A stretch of 47,509 bases of DNA from an uncultured Clostridia bacterium (GTDB taxonomy: Bacteria > Bacillota > Clostridia > Oscillospirales > Ruminococcaceae): positions 1-47,509 of the forward strand of contig CALLQQ010000043.1 in NCBI GenBank assembly GCA_938014915.1. The letters are read 5' to 3'. Under the pieces are notes generated by a model, which saw only the letters and a program-made list of their open reading frames with translations, made no database searches and was not told where the DNA came from. Shown in pieces: positions 29,086 to 37,285 of the stretch; the stretch's first letter is position 1; each line of letters opens with the position of its first letter. The position numbers and the translations under genes were made by a program.

Positions 29086-30558
29086 CTAAAGTTCCTGCCC
29101 CATCTCTATTGCAGTAAAAAGTGCCTTTGCCTTATTGATGGTTTCATCATATTCGCACTGCGCATCGGAATCTTTCACGACACCGCACCCTGTTTGGATA
29201 TAGGCATTACTGCCTTTTTTAGCAATGGTGCGAATTGCAATGCAAGTGTCGATATTCCCATCATAGGAGAAGTAGCCAATTGCTCCCCCGTATAGCCCGC
29301 GCCTTTCCCCCTCTAATTCGTCGATAATTTCCATGGCACGGCGTTTGGGCGTTCCCGATAATGTGCCAGCTGGCGACAATGCTTGTAATGCTGATAACCC
29401 GTCATGCGATTTATCAAGTGTCGCAGTTATATGCGATGTAATATGCATCACATGGGAGAAGAATTCAACCTTTTTATAGTCTTTGACCCCGACACTATCA
29501 GGAACACTAATTTTGCTGACTTCTTTTTTAGCGAAATCCACTAACATATTATGTTCCGCCAATTCTTTTTCATCGGCGAGGAGTTCCCTCATTAACGCAT
29601 CGTCTTCATCTTTATTAGCGCCACGCCTCCTTGTTCCGGCAATGGGGAATGTAGAAATGCGATTGTCCGAGCTAACTCTAACGAGTGTTTCCGGTGATGC
29701 GCCGGCAATTTCAATATCATCATGTGCAATGTAGAACATATATGGAGATGGATTTATCATACGGAGCGCACGATATGTATTAAGCAAATCACCGTTCATT
29801 TTAACTGAAAAGCGTTGTGATGGCACAACTTGTTTCACGTCACCTTTTTGAATATATTCTTTTGCTTTATCCACCTTACTCATAAAGCTTGTTTTAGTAT
29901 TGTTGCTGATAAATTCTAGTTGTTCTTCAGGATTGGGCTTTCTAGAAGTAGCTGGAGAATTTAGCAAGTCATACATATCCTTAATGCGGTTTCTAGCTAG
30001 TTTATATCGGTAATCTACATTGGCATTTGTATCAATATTCGCAATGAGGGTTATCTTCCCCTCATGATGATCGAATGCTATGACATCGTCAAATAGCATA
30101 ATAAGACAGTCGGGGAGGTTCGTTATATCGGCACCGCTGAACTGAATTCCCTCACATTCGGCAATAGCTTCATACCCGATATAGCCAACACCTCCGCCCG
30201 TAAATGGCGGGAGATAGTCGAATTGTGCAGTTCTTTTACCAGCGGTAAGCTCCCTTACCGCTTTAACTGCGGAAGCCGATGAAAGATAAACTTTGCCATT
30301 ATCAAAGACTTTTGCAGTGCCGTTTTGCACGGTGAGAATTTTCTTAGGATTATAGCCTAGGAATGAATACCGAGCAAGCTTTTCCCCACCGTCGACACTT
30401 TCGAGTAAAAAGATGCTGTCCGACCTATCTTTCACCGATGATAAAAGCGACATCGGTGTGACCATATCGGCAAAAACTTCGACGGATAGCGGGATTCTAT
30501 CATATGATTTAGATAGCTCCCTCACTTCTTCTAGGCTGGGGATGAGTGTAAATTTCAT
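29086..30558 (-). CDS. trpE: Anthranilate synthase component I
   Basis: It has chorismate-binding family motifs: SPE.LV, GTLSGTPK.RAMEII.ELE and GLYGGAIGYFSYDGN.DTCIAIRT. It is 490 aa. Confidence 0.92.
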   Translation of the reverse strand: MKFTLIPSLEEVRELSKSYDRIPLSVEVFADMVTPMSLLSSVKDRSDSIFLLESVDGGEKLARYSFLGYNPKKILTVQNGTAKVFDNGKVYLSSASAVKAVRELTAGKRTAQFDYLPPFTGGGVGYIGYEAIAECEGIQFSGADITNLPDCLIMLFDDVIAFDHHEGKITLIANIDTNANVDYRYKLARNRIKDMYDLLNSPATSRKPNPEEQLEFISNNTKTSFMSKVDKAKEYIQKGDVKQVVPSQRFSVKMNGDLLNTYRALRMINPSPYMFYIAHDDIEIAGASPETLVRVSSDNRISTFPIAGTRRRGANKDEDDALMRELLADEKELAEHNMLVDFAKKEVSKISVPDSVGVKDYKKVEFFSHVMHITSHITATLDKSHDGLSALQALSPAGTLSGTPKRRAMEIIDELEGERRGLYGGAIGYFSYDGNIDTCIAIRTIAKKGSNAYIQTGCGVVKDSDAQCEYDETINKAKALFTAIEMGQEL

Positions 30559-30635
30559 AACACATTCTCCTTTTAGTAATTGTTTTTTTCGTTAACATCT
30601 AATGACAAGGCTAATGTGATTTTGAAATTAGATAC

Positions 30636-30914
30636 AAAAACGCACCTGCCCAAAATCAAGGGCAGGTGCGTAAAATACACCTACGGTACCACCTTGCTGA
30701 CGCAAAATGCGCCACTCATTAGAATGCTATCACATTCCGCACCTGTAACGGGGTGCAATCGTCGTAAGATACTCAGCATTAGCCTTTCATCACGCCCTCA
30801 AGGGTCCATTTACTACATCGATAACAATCGGAATTCCAGCCTAGTTCCAACTCTCTGTGTGTCCGTTTGTAGCTTTATCTCCCTCTCATAGGTTTGCAAA
30901 GGTAATATTCAATT
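30636..30914 (-). promoter_or_regulatory. T-box riboswitch leader, tryptophan-specific (UGG specifier), with an intrinsic terminator
   Basis: The minus strand has an AGAGAG stem-I motif. A specifier-like GC-UGG-A lies at 30836-30838. The conserved T-box sequence CAAGGUGGUACCGUAGG lies at 30681-30697. The terminator hairpin cgcacctgccc / gggcaggtgcg (30641-30670) is followed by U5, and trpE starts 77 nt downstream. Confidence 0.85.
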
Positions 30915-30920
30915 ACTAAT

Positions 30921-30949
30921 ATTATACACAACTAACTACATTATGTCAA
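30921..30949 (-). promoter_or_regulatory. Consensus sigma-A promoter of the trp operon
   Basis: The minus strand reads TTGACA - 17 nt - TATAAT. Confidence 0.75.
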
Positions 30950-31014
30950 TACTTTTTTAGAAAAATATTATATTTCCTGCTCCGACCCGACCGCAAAGTA
31001 ATGATGAAAGGCAA

Positions 31015-31230
31015 TTAGCTTAAGAATCCTTGCGCTAACATATTTAAATCATCGAGGAAAATACGCATTAAATTCGGTATTCTCCTCACTGCTAATGGAT
31101 GGTAGGATAAGATGCAAGGAATCCCTAAAATACTGTGATATTCTCCCCTTAGCGCCTTAACACTGGTACTTTCATCTTCAAACATTGTCCGTAACTGGCC
31201 GCTTCCTGCGGTAGCTTGTCTTCCGCCCAA
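31015..31230 (-). pseudogene. Probable remnant of a family-4 uracil-DNA glycosylase gene (internally deleted, frame-disrupted)
   Basis: VKALRGEYHSILGIPCILSYHPLAVRR...FLDDL resembles the C-terminal RG...HP..LLR block of family-4 UDGs. AGSGQLRTMFE resembles the AGxLL block that normally lies about 100 aa earlier. An AEDK-containing piece is in another frame upstream. There is no plausible start or SD. Confidence 0.4.
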
Positions 31231-31385
31231 ATGGCCGGCTCAAAGTTCGTATCCACAATTCACACTCCATATAGCATTTAGTCCCTATGCAAAAACTTCC
31301 CCAGTAATATATTTTGCCCATTCGTTAGAAATATATCCAACGTGAAAGAATATTGGATATTGATGATGTGGGATAAATTAAGCAT

Positions 31386-31955
31386 CTAAATTCTGTCAAC
31401 CTTAGATGCGTTCCCGTATTTTATGAATAAGTAGATAGAGTCAATGATATCAGCAAAGAATAATAACTGCATAGTAATATGTAAGGCGCATTGAACTTTT
31501 GTGAGCATTCCAGTATTGTACATTTTGATAATATGTGCAATAGAATAAGAAGAGGTAGCAAGTAAGACAATATAAGCATATGAAGCAAACACAAAAGGAA
31601 TAAAGAACCATAATACAAAAAGAAATGGGTTGGCTGAACCTCCCATCAGCAGGATGAACCAAAAAGCATGAATAACGAAAAAAGGTATTAACATTAGCTT
31701 GCTCGCCATTAATCTGCCTAAAGTGCTTTTCGCCATATTACAACTTTTCCGTTGTAATCCTTTGAATGCAATTGCAATATTTACAGCGATTAAAATTAAT
31801 GATAATAAAAGCAAAACAATCAGCAAATATACAATAGCAAATGGCACTGAGTAATCAAGACCTGTAAAGCTAAAGAATGGAAGTAGACTATATAGCAGTA
31901 AAAAAAGAATTGCATACATGACTACTAAAAAGAGAACCTGCATCTTTCTTTGCAT
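31386..31955 (-). CDS. Hypothetical multi-pass membrane protein (visibly AT-rich gene)
   Basis: GGAGG lies 5 nt upstream of the ATG. It has about 5-6 hydrophobic helices. I do not recognise a family. Confidence 0.55.
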   Translation of the reverse strand: MQRKMQVLFLVVMYAILFLLLYSLLPFFSFTGLDYSVPFAIVYLLIVLLLLSLILIAVNIAIAFKGLQRKSCNMAKSTLGRLMASKLMLIPFFVIHAFWFILLMGGSANPFLFVLWFFIPFVFASYAYIVLLATSSYSIAHIIKMYNTGMLTKVQCALHITMQLLFFADIIDSIYLFIKYGNASKVDRI

Positions 31956-32040
31956 ATTTATCCTCCTTAATATAAACCTTTTTACACATTATAAACTGCC
32001 AAGGTAGCAATGTGGGCGCCTAATTCTACAAGATAAAATG

Positions 32041-32117
32041 TTGGTCGGGGTGACAGGATTTGAACCTGCGCCCTCTGCGTCCCGAACGCAGCGCTCTACC
32101 AAACTGAGCCACACCCC
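32041..32117 (-). tRNA. tRNA-Pro (anticodon CGG), with encoded CCA
   Basis: It folds by hand into a cloverleaf with acceptor CGGGGTG/CACCCCG, anticodon arm CTGCG-TTCGGGA-CGCAG and T-loop TTCAAAT. Confidence 0.93.
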
Positions 32118-32363
32118 GACATCAGTTCTATTATATCACAGTGTTTTCTGCTTTTAAATACCTTTCATAATTTTTATGCAAAAATTTTCGTACTATTTTC
32201 GGCACGGGCGCACGAAAAATATCTCTAGTCATAATTTTTCTATTTACTGCCCTGTAAATGCGTTATTTTGATAATTATTCTACATTTACTTTATAGATAT
32301 TCCCCACCGTGTAATCGTTTTTACTGTAAACTAGAGGTATCAAATAGAATTGAGGTGCATACG

Positions 32364-34712
32364 TTGAAAATTAATGAAACAATAGAATACATTTATAAAA
32401 ATTGTCCCGTCCCAGGCGGCGGATTTGTTACAGGATTTGTATTCCACCCTAAAAAGGCGAATATCCTATATGCGAGAACCGACATCGGCGGTGTGTATCG
32501 CTATGATTTCAAAACGCAGACTTGGCATTCCCTCATGAATCATGTGACGGAAGATATGTTATGGGAGGCGAATCCCCTATCAATTGCCGTATGCGAAAAT
32601 GACGAGAATTCTCTTTATATAGCTTGCGGTGATTCCAAAAGTGGGCTCCTCTGCGTATCCCGTGATAGGGGCGATTCGTTCGAATACTTCCCGATACCGA
32701 CGGGAATACACGGCAATGCACCTGGACGTGGCACAGGAGAACGCTTGCAAATTGACCGTAATGGCACTATATACTATGGTTCACAGCATGATGGATTAAT
32801 GCGCTCTACCGACGGTGGTAGGAATTGGGATTTCATCAAAGTGTGCGAGAGGGATTCGCATAACGAAAAAGATATAACTTTCGTATGGATTCATCCGGAC
32901 AATCCTGAAATGATCGTTGTATCAACATCGGGGCAGTATAATTCGCCCGCTCCTAAAGTGAGGGGAGCGAGCCTCTACATTTCAACCGATGCTGGTGAGA
33001 ATTTCTCAATTATGGAGGGGCAGCCCGAGCCTTTAATTGATATTCGTTCAAAATATGCGGGCTATGTCGGTCAACGGGCAACCTTCGACGGGGAGTATCT
33101 TTATATATCGATGTCAGCATCGGGGGAACGTGCTTTCCGTGATAGTTGGAGCTGCTACGCTTGCGATTGTGGTGATTTATTTGATGGTGCAGTTCTGCGT
33201 TACGAAATTCGTGGGAATGTTATTGCAGGCGTCAAGAACATCACTCCTAAAATTGATGGCTTCTACGATGAGGACTGTCCCGCACGAATGGTCGGCGGCG
33301 GAATCGGCGGTATAGCGGTTTCACCCGATAGAGAGGGCACACTCATCTGTTCAACGCAATACACTCCCGACGGGGAATATATCTTCTTTTCCGACAACTA
33401 CGGGGATAGCTGGATACCAATATTGCATGATCTTAAAATCGGGAAAATGGATTTCACAGTACCGTATATGAAGCCCGAATATAATGGGAATTCGTCTTTA
33501 ATACATTGGATGAGCGACTTAAAAATAGATCCTTTCAACGGTGATAGGGCGGTATTCAACACGGGCACGGGCATATTCATGACGGAAAATCTAGGCGATG
33601 CTCCGCACGGTACAGTTGTATGGCGCCCCGAATGTGACGGTGTAGAAGAAACAGTGCATCTCAATGTATATAGTCCGCCAGCTGGCGATGTAAAGGTAAT
33701 TGATATTATCGGTGATTTAGGCGGATTCGCATTTACGGATTTAGATAAACCGTGTGAGAATACCTTTGCCGATAAAGATGGTAATAGATATATTACCTGC
33801 ATAAATGGTGACTTCCCCGATAGCAATCCGTACACAGTGGTGGCGACGCCACGTGCTAATTGGGGTGGGAAAACTGAGGGCGGTGTCATTATATCCGATG
33901 ACCAATGCGGTAGTTGGACATTGCTACCTCAGCCGTATGGGCTCACTTCGTTCATTGATGGTTTAATCGACGTAATCCGTCAGCCGAATAACAATTCTGG
34001 TTGGGTGGCAATTTCCGCCGATGGGGAAACAATTGTATGGACAGTCGGGAAAAGGCTCCATATTCCAATTACCGCCGTTGTCTATACACGGGATAGGGGG
34101 CGGAATTGGTATAGGTCGGGAATTTTCGATCTAGACGGTGAGAGAATTGAAGATGATGAAAAAGCATTGAAAATTATGGCGGATAGGGTGAATCCTAATA
34201 TTTTCTATGGATTCGGCGATGATGCTACATTCTTCGTTAGCCGTGATGGGGGAGAAACTTTTCATCAAAGGCAGCGACCTGAAGGATTCTACATTGGGCA
34301 CCTATGCGGAATTGACGGGCTTAACCGCTCTGAAATCCGTGTCGAAAGTGGCAAAGAGGGCGTAATATGGATCTCAATGAATGAGGGCGGTCTTTGGAGA
34401 GTGGAATATAATAAAGATAGCGATATATTCGAGGGGAGACGAATCTCAAAAGACGGGGATAAGGTCAAGTGTCAGGGCATGGGGAAGAATGCTCCAGATA
34501 GTGAATATAAGACTTTATATATTAACGGGACTATTGATGGTGAATATGGCTTTTGGCGCTCATTCGACGAGGGCGAGAATTGGCAGCGTATCAACGATGA
34601 AAATCAAATGTATGGGAGTATACGCAGCATTGCTGGCGATCCACGCACATTCGGCAGATTCTATCTTGCAACTGGAACAAGGGGAATCCTATACGGGGAA
34701 CCTAAAAAGTAA
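32364..34712 (+). CDS. GH74-like glycoside hydrolase (two seven-bladed beta-propellers, BNR/Asp-box repeats), with no signal peptide
   Basis: It has the N-terminal GGGFVTGFVFHP...YARTDIGGVYRYD signature of GH74. It also has multiple SxDxGxxW/F boxes (STDGGRNW, STDAGENF, SDNYGDSW, TRDRGRNW, SRDGGETF, SFDEGENW). The start is TTG 32364 with GAGGTG 6 nt upstream. The first in-frame ATG lies far inside the fold. Confidence 0.7.
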   Translation: MKINETIEYIYKNCPVPGGGFVTGFVFHPKKANILYARTDIGGVYRYDFKTQTWHSLMNHVTEDMLWEANPLSIAVCENDENSLYIACGDSKSGLLCVSRDRGDSFEYFPIPTGIHGNAPGRGTGERLQIDRNGTIYYGSQHDGLMRSTDGGRNWDFIKVCERDSHNEKDITFVWIHPDNPEMIVVSTSGQYNSPAPKVRGASLYISTDAGENFSIMEGQPEPLIDIRSKYAGYVGQRATFDGEYLYISMSASGERAFRDSWSCYACDCGDLFDGAVLRYEIRGNVIAGVKNITPKIDGFYDEDCPARMVGGGIGGIAVSPDREGTLICSTQYTPDGEYIFFSDNYGDSWIPILHDLKIGKMDFTVPYMKPEYNGNSSLIHWMSDLKIDPFNGDRAVFNTGTGIFMTENLGDAPHGTVVWRPECDGVEETVHLNVYSPPAGDVKVIDIIGDLGGFAFTDLDKPCENTFADKDGNRYITCINGDFPDSNPYTVVATPRANWGGKTEGGVIISDDQCGSWTLLPQPYGLTSFIDGLIDVIRQPNNNSGWVAISADGETIVWTVGKRLHIPITAVVYTRDRGRNWYRSGIFDLDGERIEDDEKALKIMADRVNPNIFYGFGDDATFFVSRDGGETFHQRQRPEGFYIGHLCGIDGLNRSEIRVESGKEGVIWISMNEGGLWRVEYNKDSDIFEGRRISKDGDKVKCQGMGKNAPDSEYKTLYINGTIDGEYGFWRSFDEGENWQRINDENQMYGSIRSIAGDPRTFGRFYLATGTRGILYGEPKK

Positions 34713-34721
34713 GAATAAAAT

Positions 34722-34752
34722 AATCCACAAGGGTAATTTGCCCTTGTGGATT
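34722..34752. terminator. Bidirectional intrinsic terminator between the GH74-like gene and the DtxR-like gene
   Basis: The hairpin is aatccacaaggg / cccttgtggatt. Confidence 0.75.
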
Positions 34753-34755
34753 TAC

Positions 34756-35136
34756 TTATTCATCGATTTGCATACTTTTACTAACATGTTCTTTTATAGC
34801 TTCAAAAGTTTCAACACTAATGACATGTTCAATACGGCAAGCATCTTCCGATGCTGTTTCTTCATTGACGCCTAGGTGAACTAACCATCTTGTGAGGAGT
34901 TTATGCCGTTCATACATTATTTCAGCTATGTCAAGCCCCGTATTCGTAAGTGTTATATATCCATCACCGTCAATATCGATATAGCCGCCTTTTCGCAACT
35001 TTTTCATTGCAATGCTAACGCTAGGCTTTGAATAATCAAGTTCATTTACAATATCAATGGAACGCACATTACCAAGCCGTTTACTCAATACTAGTATTGT
35101 TTCCAGATAATTTTCCGATGATTCGAGAATTTTCAT
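34756..35136 (-). CDS. DtxR/MntR family metal-dependent transcriptional repressor (short form, no SH3-like domain)
   Basis: It has SENYLETILVL, a winged HTH (SIDIVNELDYSKPSVSIAMKKL) and the HKLLTRWL...EDACRIEHV metal-site helix. Confidence 0.82.
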   Translation of the reverse strand: MKILESSENYLETILVLSKRLGNVRSIDIVNELDYSKPSVSIAMKKLRKGGYIDIDGDGYITLTNTGLDIAEIMYERHKLLTRWLVHLGVNEETASEDACRIEHVISVETFEAIKEHVSKSMQIDE

Positions 35137-35315
35137 CTAAGACACCTCACATTATAATCTACTATTATAGTAACATATTTTGTAGATATATTCAAACCAA
35201 ATAAGAACATTTGTGCATTTTGCATAGTGCTTCTATAAAATTTTATTCGTGTGAAGAAATTTACACTTGACAATAATACATTTTACGGGTATTATAATCT
35301 AGTTAGAGTTAAAAT

Positions 35316-35391
35316 GCTACTGTGGCTCAGTCGGTAGAGCAGCTGATTCGTAATCAGCAGGTCGCCGGTTCGATTCCGGCCAGTAGCTCCA
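35316..35391 (+). tRNA. tRNA-Thr (anticodon CGT), with encoded CCA
   Basis: It forms a cloverleaf with acceptor GCTACTG/CAGTAGC, anticodon arm GCTGA-TTCGTAA-TCAGC and T-arm GCCGG-TTCGATT-CCGGC. Confidence 0.93.
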
Positions 35392-35398
35392 TAAAAAA

Positions 35399-35440
35399 CA
35401 ACCGCTAAAGCCCTTAAAGACAGGCTTTAGCGGTTTACTT
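35399..35440. terminator. Bidirectional intrinsic terminator after tRNA-Thr and after the convergent three-gene operon
   Basis: A 13-bp hairpin is formed by aaccgctaaagcc / ggctttagcggtt. Confidence 0.8.
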
Positions 35441-35453
35441 ACGTTATATGGGA

Positions 35454-35663
35454 TTAGGCTTTCCACCTATATCCGCAATTTTGGCAAACTCCATATGTTA
35501 CGACTTTGCTCCCTTTCCTTATAAGTAAAGGGATCCAGATTGTTGCACCGAGAGTTATCATAGTTAGCAAAATCCAGAATATCGACATTAAGCAACCACG
35601 TTTTTTCTGCTTGGCGACAACTTGAAAATTAATGTTCCTACTACCGCATTTACGACAACCCAT
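35454..35663 (-). CDS. Hypothetical small membrane protein with split zinc-ribbon-like CxxC pairs
   Basis: It has CRKCGS at the N-terminus, one TM helix (LMSIFWILLTMITLGATIWIPLLI) and CQNCGY at the C-terminus. It is the last gene of an AT-rich operon. Confidence 0.5.
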   Translation of the reverse strand: MGCRKCGSRNINFQVVAKQKKRGCLMSIFWILLTMITLGATIWIPLLIRKGSKVVTYGVCQNCGYRWKA

Positions 35664-35681
35664 ATCATAACCCCCATCAGC

Positions 35682-36371
35682 CTATTTCTTCCTCACTTTA
35701 ACCTTGCGAAAAGTCGTTACTTGGCGCCTTTCTAGATAGCTATCGTATAAAGATGCTGCCCTCCTAATATTATGCATGATTTTATGCGGATTTTCAAAGG
35801 CGCTGGTGAATTTGAATTCGTCTATCTCTTCATAGCCATTTTCATTCAGCCACCAATTCTCAAAATTGATACTGCCCCGCCAAATCGTATAGCGCAGGCG
35901 AATGTTCGTATCGAGGTATTCGAGGACTTTACCCGTGCATAAAAATCTATTATAATTGACGAATTGGATACTTCTGAAATCGTCAAGAGGAATGATGCGC
36001 ACTTTAAGATAGATAGTGGGATTCTTTGTAAATTTGACACGCCCGGAGTATCGGCTAAAAATCACGACTTTTTGTGCAATTTCAATATATGTATACTTCT
36101 TATGCAGCTTATATATCGGGCGCAGAATCAACACGCTTATTGTAATTATCAACGCAATTACTAAAGCGGATGCAATTATAATAAGTGAGAACATCTTTAT
36201 CAATTCGGCGCTGTTCTCCCCATTCCTTTTAAGCCATATAAGTAGTAATAATGTTAAGATTACTTGCAGGAATGGAACGCAGATTAGGAACACAATTATC
36301 CCGTAATTTCTCTTTAATAGGCGGGGGCTAATCGGATAGAATTTGCTCACGATATGCTCCTCGAATCGCAT
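35682..36371 (-). CDS. Hypothetical membrane protein: two TM helices plus a soluble C-terminal domain (topology reminiscent of bacterial PH-domain YdbS/YdbT-like proteins)
   Basis: Its ATG directly abuts the stop of the upstream gene (TAAATG). It has two hydrophobic helices followed by a beta-rich segment of about 140 aa. The family assignment is only a guess. Confidence 0.45.
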   Translation of the reverse strand: MRFEEHIVSKFYPISPRLLKRNYGIIVFLICVPFLQVILTLLLLIWLKRNGENSAELIKMFSLIIIASALVIALIITISVLILRPIYKLHKKYTYIEIAQKVVIFSRYSGRVKFTKNPTIYLKVRIIPLDDFRSIQFVNYNRFLCTGKVLEYLDTNIRLRYTIWRGSINFENWWLNENGYEEIDEFKFTSAFENPHKIMHNIRRAASLYDSYLERRQVTTFRKVKVRKK

Positions 36372-36959
36372 TTATGCATAAACCTCAGCATATTCCTTAA
36401 TATCGCCCGAATATATCAGTTGCAAGTTATCCATATGGCGGAAATCGTCGGGCTTGACCAGTGATAATCTCTTATTAAAATTGATTATTCCAGCCTCTTG
36501 CAATATATATGCGACGAATTGTGAACACATGAAACTATGTTTAGGTTTAATCGGTATATTGAATATCATCGTGACGAAGCCAAATAGATTATATTTATAT
36601 AACTTCTTATTATTATCGAATTTATTAATCAAATTATTGAACCGCATATATTGTTCACGTGTGACGGGAATTTTATAGATAACGCATGGAACACTTGCAT
36701 ACATTCCAAATACTCCATCTGTAATATTCTCTTTGGTGAAGCCAGCAGGAAATAATTTTGGTGCATTCTGCCTAGCGAAGCTGAACATATTAGCTAAACG
36801 CTCATCACTCGATACGGAAACATGGTTGAACGGCGCACGTGTATAGAATTTTATAAGTCTAGATACTCTTGTTCCAGTTTGGGTAAGAACAAGATATAGT
36901 GCGTATTCGTCTTTTATATCAGCAGCATCTGCTTTAATCTTCTTATTATGTAACGGCAT
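36372..36959 (-). CDS. Putative permuted papain-like (NlpC/P60 superfamily, YiiX/LRAT-like) hydrolase
   Basis: A His-containing block (APFNHVSVSS) precedes a Cys block (HSFMCSQFVAYILQEAG). This is the circularly permuted order seen in YiiX/C92 and LRAT-type enzymes. Confidence 0.45.
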   Translation of the reverse strand: MPLHNKKIKADAADIKDEYALYLVLTQTGTRVSRLIKFYTRAPFNHVSVSSDERLANMFSFARQNAPKLFPAGFTKENITDGVFGMYASVPCVIYKIPVTREQYMRFNNLINKFDNNKKLYKYNLFGFVTMIFNIPIKPKHSFMCSQFVAYILQEAGIINFNKRLSLVKPDDFRHMDNLQLIYSGDIKEYAEVYA

Positions 36960-37096
36960 TTCATAATCCCCCTAAATTACATTCTCGAAAACTATTATAA
37001 CTGATTATTAATGATTTGTACAGTCCTTGACCAAGATGGAAAAATTATTAACAATGTAGCAACTAGTAATGTGTACTCATATCGCTTATTTATATG

Positions 37097-37125
37097 TTGC
37101 AATTTTCATTTTTTTAATGTATAAT
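37097..37125 (+). promoter_or_regulatory. Sigma-A-type promoter of the PilZ-DGC-ParA-ComFB operon
   Basis: The promoter reads TTGCAA - 17 nt - TATAAT. An untranslated leader of about 150 nt follows. Confidence 0.6.
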
Positions 37126-37285
37126 TTTTAGTATATATCATATAAAACAAGTGACTTGTGCTAATAAATCATTAACTATGACGGGAGACTTGGCAGTATT
37201 GCACAGTTATTCCAGTTAGTTTAATCGAATTTTAAGATCAGTAGCAACATTTGGATTGCTCGTGTGTTCAAGAGGAGGTCAATTA

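Noticed and set aside
30580-30891. 103-aa plus-strand ORF between trpE and the trp promoter
   Set aside because: It lies entirely antisense to the Trp T-box leader, whose T-box sequence, specifier and terminator are all identifiable on the minus strand. It has no SD and no recognisable family, so it is spurious.
33398-33889. 163-aa minus-strand ORF, along with similar antisense ORFs at 434-862, 8267-8734, 11525-12031, 12065-12391, 28185-28598 and 45349-45711
   Set aside because: All are embedded antisense in confidently identified genes (GH74-like, spoIIP, M20 peptidase, metG, trpD, fliG/fliH). All lack ribosome-binding sites and any recognisable motifs.
34381-34875. 164-aa plus-strand ORF spanning the end of the GH74-like gene, the terminator and part of the DtxR-like gene
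   Set aside because: It is out of frame with the GH74-like gene, crosses a strong bidirectional terminator, and is antisense to the DtxR-like gene. It is an artefact.
35160-35172. Perfect 6-1-6 inverted repeat TACTAT-T-ATAGTA in the DtxR-like gene promoter region, as a candidate operator
   Set aside because: The arms are only 6 bp, lie in AT-rich DNA and overlap a -10-like TATAAT. It bears no resemblance to known DtxR/MntR boxes and could easily arise by chance.
35392-37260. Direct repeats of the tRNA-Thr 3' end (and of the tRNA-Pro 3' end within 30900-32040) that would mark att sites of an integrated element
   Set aside because: I found none by eye, and the window has no integrase or recombinase gene. 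The AT-rich genes are therefore flagged as possibly acquired on composition only, not called as a mobile element.
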